Of a stretch of 64,000 nucleotides of DNA, positions 56,786-64,000 are shown piece after piece. The stretch comes from Deltaproteobacteria bacterium (GTDB taxonomy: Bacteria; Myxococcota; Myxococcia; SLRQ01), in NCBI GenBank assembly GCA_029210625.1, contig JARGFU010000014.1:50956-114955 (forward strand), given 5' to 3'. Within the stretch, counting starts at the first letter, position 1, and every line of letters starts with the position of its first letter. A model generated the notes under the pieces. That model was not told where the DNA came from. It worked only from the letters and a program-made list of their open reading frames with translations, and did no database searches. Both the position numbers and the translations under genes were made by a program.

Positions 56786-58042
56786 TCAGCGCGGCAGGCG
56801 GCGCTCGCCCCGGATCAGATCACCGGTCGTCTCTCGAACCCGGGCCAGGTGGACGCTCTTCCCGTCGACCAGCAGCTCGGCCGCGCGGGGCCGCCCATTG
56901 TAGTTGCTGGACATCGTGAAGCCATAGGCGCCCGCCGACATCACGGCCAGCAGCTCGCCCGCCTTCACCGGCGGCAGCGTGCGGTTCTGGGCCAGGAAGT
57001 CGCCGGACTCGCAGATGGGGCCGACCACGTCCACGACCTCCGTGGCGTCGCTCGTGGGGGCCTTCACCGGGAGGATGCTGTGGTGAGCGCCGTAGAGGGC
57101 GGGCCGGGCCAGGTCGTTCATGCCCGCGTCCACGATGACGAAGCGCCGCTCGCCCTGCTGCTTCACGTGGAGGACCCGGGTCAGGAGGATGCCGGCGTTG
57201 CCCGCGATCACCCTCCCCGGCTCCACCAGCACCTCGAGCCCGGGCAGATCCGCGAGCACCTCGCCCACCGCCCGGCCCCACTCCCGGGGGTGCGGTGGCA
57301 CCTCCGCGTCGTAGGTGATGCCCAGGCCGCCGCCGAGATCGATGTGCTCGATGGCGTGCCCCTCGGCGCGCAGCTCGAGCACCAGGGTCTTCACCTCCTC
57401 GAGGGCGTCCACGAAGGGGGAGAGCTCGGTGAGCTGGGAGCCGATGTGGCAGTCGATGCCGCAGATGCGGATCCCCCGCATCCGGCGGGCGCGGGCGTAG
57501 AGGCGCCGCGCCTCCTCGAGGGGGATGCCGAACTTGTGGGTCCGCAGCCCGGTGGAGATGTAGGGGTGGGTCTTGGGATCGACGTCGGGGTTCACGCGCA
57601 GGGAGACGGGCGCGACCTTGCCCGCGCGGCGCGCCACCCGGGCGAGGAGCTCGAGCTCGCTCTCGCTCTCGACGTTGAAGACCTTGATCCCCACCTCGAG
57701 GCCCAGGGCCAGCTCGTCCTCCCGCTTGCCGACCCCGGAGAAGACGATCTTCGAGGCCTTCCCGCCGGCCTTGCGCACCCGCAGGATCTCTCCGCCCGAG
57801 ACGACGTCGAAGCCCGCGCCCTTGCGGGCGAGGACGTCGAGCACGGCGAGGTTCGAGTTCGCCTTCACCGAGTAGCAGACCAGGTGGCGCTGCCCGGCGA
57901 GGGCCTCGTCCATGGCCTCGTAGTGCCGCTCGAGGGTCGCCCGGCTGTAGACGTAGCTCGGGGTGCCGTGCTCGCGGGCGAGCTGGGTGAGGGAGACGCC
58001 CTCCGCGTGGAGGCGCCCACGGCGGTAGCTGAAGTGGTGCAT
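56786..58042 (-). CDS. lysA: Diaminopimelate decarboxylase
   Basis: GTPSYVYS...CYSVKANSNLAVL...HIGSQ...GGGLGI...CESGD. Confidence 0.9.
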   Translation of the reverse strand: MHHFSYRRGRLHAEGVSLTQLAREHGTPSYVYSRATLERHYEAMDEALAGQRHLVCYSVKANSNLAVLDVLARKGAGFDVVSGGEILRVRKAGGKASKIVFSGVGKREDELALGLEVGIKVFNVESESELELLARVARRAGKVAPVSLRVNPDVDPKTHPYISTGLRTHKFGIPLEEARRLYARARRMRGIRICGIDCHIGSQLTELSPFVDALEEVKTLVLELRAEGHAIEHIDLGGGLGITYDAEVPPHPREWGRAVGEVLADLPGLEVLVEPGRVIAGNAGILLTRVLHVKQQGERRFVIVDAGMNDLARPALYGAHHSILPVKAPTSDATEVVDVVGPICESGDFLAQNRTLPPVKAGELLAVMSAGAYGFTMSSNYNGRPRAAELLVDGKSVHLARVRETTGDLIRGERRLPR

Positions 58043-58044
58043 GG

Positions 58045-58229
58045 CTACTCGGCCTCGGCCTCGCCGCCGGCGTCCGCTCCGGGCTCCTCCTCGTCGGCCG
58101 CGTCGGCCTCGGGGGCCGGCGGCGCCTCGCGCTCCTCGGCCGACGGCTGCTCGACAGGCGGGCGGGGCGGAGCCTTGATGCCGCAGGCGCCCAGGGTGAG
58201 GAGGAGGACCGCGAGGAGGAGGCGGCGCA

Positions 58230-58230
<1 letters not shown>
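58045..58230 (-). CDS. Small acidic lipoprotein (LptM/YifL-like position between argH and lysA)
   Basis: VRRLLLAVLLLTLGACGIKAPPRPP lipobox followed by a G-x-K-x-P motif. The GTG start shares 1 nt with the argH TAG. Confidence 0.5.
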
Positions 58231-59642
<1,412 letters not shown>

Positions 59643-59655
59643 GTCGGCCGTGCCC

Positions 59656-61542
59656 CTAGAACTGGACGAAGAACGCGCCCTGGACGGTCTGCGCGATCTC
59701 CGGCGAATTCTCGGCCGAGAGGCCGTTCATCGGGATCAGGATGCCGTACTGCAGCTGGGCCCCGAAGCCGTCGCTGGCCATGTAGCGCACGGTGCCGTCG
59801 AGCTCGACGCCGAGGTCGTTCACGCCGCCCGGCGCGGAGGCCGCGTAGATGGTGCGGCTGTAGATGGCCGCGATGTCGAAGCCCAGGCTCTGGGTGATCT
59901 CGTAGGAGAGGCTCGGCCTGAAGTAGAGGGCGTCGGTGATCTGGCCCATGATCTCGCGCCAGAGGATCAGGTCGACGTGGTAGTCGCGGTCGAACTTGAA
60001 GTTGCCGATGACCTGATCGGCATCGTAGTTCGGATCGTCGATGTTGAACTGCTTGCCGTCCTTCGCACCCGGAGATGGAAGGTCCGCGATGTTGCCTCCC
60101 GGAGTGGCGACGATGCCCATGCCTGGCATCGAATCGCCGGAGGCGAGGCCGACATCGAAGCCGACCTTCAGCTTGTCCCGCAGGAACTTGTAATCGCTCT
60201 GCAGCACGGCACCCCACTGCCGAATATCGAGGTGACCGTCAGTGAACGCGGCAGGATCCGGCTCACTGAGGAGATTCCCGTTGTCGATCTTGCCGAGGAG
60301 GGCGACCGCCTCGAGCTCGATCCGCAGCTTGCCCACCTGGAAGCGGACCCAGATGTCGGGGATGTAGGCCTTGGCGCCCCGAGTGATGAAGGAGGAGGGG
60401 GAGAGCTCTCCGCCAATGTTCGCGTGGTTGCCGATGACCGCCGCGTCGATGTTCTGCACCCGCAGCACGTTGTACATGCCGTAGTTCAGCACCCAGCGGC
60501 CGTCCTGGAGGAGCTTCTCGGCGTCCTCGGCCGAGTCTCGGCGGGCGACGGCAATGATGTACTGCTGCACGTCGTCGCGCTGCTCGAGGTCGAAGGCCTG
60601 GCCCTGGTAGGTGTCCTCGGGCTGGAAGATGCGACCCGAGGACGGCATGTCGATGGCCGGGATGATGTAGTGATCGGCGATCTTCGTGACGAACATCAGG
60701 CGGTCGACGTTGTCGCCGGCGTCCTGATCGAGCTCGTTGCCCGAGTTCGCCAGGAGGCCGAGGCCCCACTGGCTGCCCATCCGGCCGAAGCGCAGCTGAC
60801 CGACCGGGGTCATCACCTCGGCCCAGACCCGCTTCACCGAGATCGAGTTGCGGATCGAGTTCTGGCCGGCGATCGGCTCCACCAACGTGCCGGTGAACGC
60901 GATCATCGGCGAGGATTGCGTGCCCAGGTTCAGCGGATAGGCGTCCGGGGTCGAGCCCCAGACCAGGTTGTCGAGCACGTCGATGGTCGCCCGCACCTTC
61001 ACGTCCTCGGAGACGTTGATCGTGGGGTCGAGGCGCAGGCGCTGGTTGGCGCCGCCCAGGGTGTCCGACTCGTCGGGGCGGTAGCCCGGCCGCGGAAAGA
61101 GCGGTCGACCATCGGCGTCGAGGCCCGCGTTGAGGTCGAAGTTGTTGAAGACGTCCCCGCGGACCCGGAAGTAGCCGTCGAGCTCGAAGAGCTCGAGCTT
61201 CTCCTCCTCGCTCTCCCAGGTCTCCGGCTGCCACTCCTGGGAGGCGATCGAGGCGGCCAGGGCGGCCCGCATCTCGGCGCGCATGTCCTCGCGCTCGCTC
61301 GCCAGGGCCTCGGCCAGGCGGCGCTCCACCTCGGTCTTGATCGCGGCGTCGAGGTCGACGACGGGGGCGCTGCCCTTCGGCGCGACGGCCTCTTCGGTCT
61401 CGGTCTCGGTGGCCTCGGTGGCCTCGGCCGACGCGGCGTCGGCGGCCTCGGTCTCGGTCGGCGGGGTCTGCGCCATCGCCGGCTGGGCGAGGCAGAGCAC
61501 CGGAATGGCGGCGAGGGTGAGGCTAGCGGTCAGGCGTCGCAT
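59656..61542 (-). CDS. Putative outer-membrane beta-barrel protein
   Basis: MRRLTASLTLAAIPVLCLAQPAMAQ signal, a charged coiled N-terminal region, and a C-terminal ...GAFFVQF terminal Phe. ATG 61542 verified. Confidence 0.55.
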   Translation of the reverse strand: MRRLTASLTLAAIPVLCLAQPAMAQTPPTETEAADAASAEATEATETETEEAVAPKGSAPVVDLDAAIKTEVERRLAEALASEREDMRAEMRAALAASIASQEWQPETWESEEEKLELFELDGYFRVRGDVFNNFDLNAGLDADGRPLFPRPGYRPDESDTLGGANQRLRLDPTINVSEDVKVRATIDVLDNLVWGSTPDAYPLNLGTQSSPMIAFTGTLVEPIAGQNSIRNSISVKRVWAEVMTPVGQLRFGRMGSQWGLGLLANSGNELDQDAGDNVDRLMFVTKIADHYIIPAIDMPSSGRIFQPEDTYQGQAFDLEQRDDVQQYIIAVARRDSAEDAEKLLQDGRWVLNYGMYNVLRVQNIDAAVIGNHANIGGELSPSSFITRGAKAYIPDIWVRFQVGKLRIELEAVALLGKIDNGNLLSEPDPAAFTDGHLDIRQWGAVLQSDYKFLRDKLKVGFDVGLASGDSMPGMGIVATPGGNIADLPSPGAKDGKQFNIDDPNYDADQVIGNFKFDRDYHVDLILWREIMGQITDALYFRPSLSYEITQSLGFDIAAIYSRTIYAASAPGGVNDLGVELDGTVRYMASDGFGAQLQYGILIPMNGLSAENSPEIAQTVQGAFFVQF

Positions 61543-61679
61543 GTTCGTCTCCCTGGATCTCTCGGCACTTAGGGCCTTTTTCGGGTCGCGCACTTGTACC
61601 CGTGCCCGCGGGGAGGGTCAATCGAGGGGCGCAGGCCCACCTCCCCTTCCCCGGGCGCCGATCGGGGTACAATCGCCGG

Positions 61680-64000
61680 ATGCAATGCCGCGCCCTGCCG
61701 ATCACCCTCGCCGTGGTCGCCGTGCTCGGAGGGGGATGCCGTACCGAGCCCGTCCGTACGGTGATCATCGCGGAGGTGGGCTCCCGGGTCGCCGTCGACT
61801 GCATGGTGCTCACCGCCACGGGGCCGGGCGGCGAGGCCCTCGACGAGACCCTCGTCCGCCCCACCCTGGTCGCCGACTTCCGGGACGCCACCCTGGAGGT
61901 GGCCATCTACCCCGGGGACGTCCTGCACGGGACGATCACCCTGCAGGCCGTGGGCCGCAGGAGCGGCAAGGCCGAGGCCTGCGACGGCCCGACCCTCGGC
62001 GAGTCGGAGGCGGTGGACGCCACCTTCTCCGAGGGGGAGACCGTGCGCGCCCCCCTGATCCTCGCCCCCCTCTTCCCCGATCTCGACGGCGACGGCTGGG
62101 AGGAGGGGGTCGACTGCGACGACGCCGACCCCCTCACCTACCCCGGCGCGCCGGAGATCTGCGGCGACGCCCTCGACCAGGCCTGCGGAGGCTCCCCCGA
62201 CCAGGGCTGCGACTGTGCCCCCGACGGCCTCTCCCGCTCCTGCTACCCCCGCGGGATGGACTCGCCCCAGCTCACCCTCCCCGGCAGCCGGTGCCGGAAC
62301 GGCGTCCAGCGCTGCGAGCAGGGGGCCTGGGGTCTCTGCGAGGGGGCCATCCTCCCCACCGAGGACGTCTGCGACGGCCAGGACACCGACTGCGACGGCG
62401 AGCCCGACCCCGCGGGCTGCCCCTGCCTCGACAACCAGACCCGCCCCTGCTTCACCTTCGAGCCGCCGGAGGCCGGGGGCGTCGGGGAGTGTGCGATGGG
62501 GGTCTCCACCTGCAGCGCCGGGGTCTGGGGCGACTGCTTCGGTGACGTCGGTCCGGCGCCGGAGATCTGCAACGGCCGCGACGACGACTGCGACGGGGTC
62601 TTCGACGATCCCGACGAGATCCCGCGGGAGCTCTGCGAGCGGACCGACGGTGTCTGCGGCCTGGCCCGGAAGGCCTGCGGCAGCAGCGGCACCCTCCCCT
62701 GCACCGACACCGAGTACGCCCAGGCCTCGGGCGGCACCTACGAGCTCGACGAGACCCTCTGCGACGGCCTCGACAACGACTGCGACGGCCTGGTGGACGA
62801 GGTCTGCGACTGCGACCCGATCACCGAGCCCTCCCGCCCCTGCTTCCCCTTCGGCCGGGGCATGAGCGACGCCGCGCTCGGGCAGGGGGCCTGCGTGGCC
62901 GGCACCCAGACCTGCCTCTCCTCCACCAGCCGCTGGGGCGCCTGCGAGAACGCGGTGACCCCGGTGGCCGAGCGCTGCAACGGCGTCGACCTCGACTGCA
63001 ACGGGGTGGTCGACGACGTGATCTGGATCGGCCAGCCCTGCACGGCCGCCGCCGTGGGCCTCTGCGAGCAGGGCAACCTGGCCTGCAACCCCGCGGTGGC
63101 CCCCGACGGCCGCGAGTGCGTGCCCGGCGCGCCGGTGAGCCCCGACCCCGCCTGCGACGGCTTCGACGCCGACTGCGACTCGACCAACCTGCCCCCCGAC
63201 GACGACCGGGACGCCACCTGCAGCACGGGCCGCCTCTGCTGCTCGGGCGCCTGCGTCGACATCCAGAACGACCTCGACAACTGCGGGGACTGCTACGCCC
63301 CCTGCCCCGACGACGGGCGGCCCTGCCACGACCCGGCCTGCGTCGCCGGCGGCTGCACCTACGAGAACTGGCAGGAGGGCACCCCCTGCCCCGACGACGG
63401 CACGGCCTGCACCACCGACGCCTGCAGCGCCGGCCTGTGCCTGCACCCGGCGGTCGCCGACGGCACCCTCTGCGCCGAGGGCACGGGGACCGTCTGCGTC
63501 GCCGGCGTCTGCGAGCGCGACTGCTACATCGGCGGCACGATCTACGCCGCCAACGCCCGCAACCCGGCCAACGAGTGCCAGTCCTGCCGGCCCGGCGGCG
63601 ATCCCTTCGCCTGGGGCAACGTCACCCCGGGCACCGCCTGCTCCGAGGACGGCAACGCCTGCACCGACGACTTCTGCAGCGGCGGCACCTGCCAGCACCC
63701 CCCGCGGGGGGACGGCACCACCTGCGGCAGCGGACAGGTCTGCGTGGGCACGTCCTGCCAGAGCGGCTGCTACATCGGTGGGACCTTCTACGCCCCGAGC
63801 ACCCTCAACCCGGCCAACGACTGCCAGAGCTGCCAGCCCTCGGCGAGCACCACGGGCTGGACCAACCTCGGCAGCAGCGCCTCCTGCGCCAGCGACGGCA
63901 ACTACTGCACGGTGAACGACCACTGCGACGGCGGCGGCACCTGCGTCGGCGGCGGCGCCCGGGACTGCTCGGCCTTCAGCGACGCCTGCAACCTCGGCGT
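61680..64000 (+). CDS. Cys-rich repeat lipoprotein (MopE-like putative metal-binding motifs plus myxobacterial Cys-rich repeats); 3' end lies outside the window
   Basis: Not in the ORF track because no stop falls in the window. I translated manually from ATG 61680: MQCRALPITLAVVAVLGGGC (lipobox) ... [64 protein letters not shown] ... The hand translation covers 61680 to about 63420 and the last ~100 nt. The stretch between was not read codon by codon. Confidence 0.75.
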   Translation, partial: MQCRALPITLAVVAVLGGGCRTEPVRTVIIAEVGSRVAVDCMVLTATGPGGEALDETLVRPTLVADFRDATLEVAIYPGDVLHGTITLQAVGRRSGKAEACDGPTLGESEAVDATFSEGETVRAPLILAPLFPDLDGDGWEEGVDCDDADPLTYPGAPEICGDALDQACGGSPDQGCDCAPDGLSRSCYPRGMDSPQLTLPGSRCRNGVQRCEQGAWGLCEGAILPTEDVCDGQDTDCDGEPDPAGCPCLDNQTRPCFTFEPPEAGGVGECAMGVSTCSAGVWGDCFGDVGPAPEICNGRDDDCDGVFDDPDEIPRELCERTDGVCGLARKACGSSGTLPCTDTEYAQASGGTYELDETLCDGLDNDCDGLVDEVCDCDPITEPSRPCFPFGRGMSDAALGQGACVAGTQTCLSSTSRWGACENAVTPVAERCNGVDLDCNGVVDDVIWIGQPCTAAAVGLCEQGNLACNPAVAPDGRECVPGAPVSPDPACDGFDADCDSTNLPPDDDRDATCSTGRLCCSGACVDIQNDLDNCGDCYAPCPDDGRPCHDPACVAGGCTYENWQEGTPCPDDGTACTTDACSAGLCLHPAVADGTLCAEGTGTVCVAGVCERDCYIGGTIYAANARNPANECQSCRPGGDPFAWGNVTPGTACSEDGNACTDDFCSGGTCQHPPRGDGTTCGSGQVCVGTSCQSGCYIGGTFYAPSTLNPANDCQSCQPSASTTGWTNLGSSASCASDGNYCTVNDHCDGGGTCVGGGARDCSAFSDACNLG

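Overview
This is a roughly 70% GC chromosomal segment. It has hallmarks of Myxococcota: a MYXO-CTERM sorting tag, PEGA domains, a eukaryotic-like Ser/Thr kinase, and DNDCDG / MopE-like Cys-rich repeat lipoproteins. I support about 48 protein genes, read from motifs in the supplied translations plus manual checks of start codons. I found no rRNA, tRNA, CRISPR array or mobile element.

Housekeeping blocks: mrcA-like PBP1A, a Zn/Mn-type ABC uptake pair, an RluA-family pseudouridine synthase, MoxR-DUF58-transglutaminase, etfBA, fsa, kdsD, folK, and dapB-dapA-lysA-argH.

Two accessory loci look like uncharacterised peptide-maturation (RiPP-like) systems.

(1) 3.1-15.8 kb. Four paralogous radical-SAM enzymes share a CN(N/D)xCxFC cluster motif and a C-terminal CxxCx5C-(P/Q)-G motif; one is fused to a SAM methyltransferase. 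They surround a 120-aa ORF made of a 44-aa leader plus HVS-(HGS)24-W, and two tandem HxsD-like small proteins. This resembles, but does not match, the bioinformatically defined His-Xaa-Ser (HxsABCD) system.

(2) 31.9-44.3 kb. A 56-aa Cys-free peptide with a YxxP-type leader motif and a strong RBS is translationally coupled to an HprK-like P-loop kinase, a Twitch/SPASM-type radical-SAM enzyme, an M1 metallopeptidase lipoprotein and a SipW-like peptidase-GNAT fusion. The only PqqD/RRE-like gene sits 7 kb upstream, on the far side of a 2344-aa Ig/FG-GAP lipoprotein.

All family assignments come from motif recognition by eye. No database search was run.
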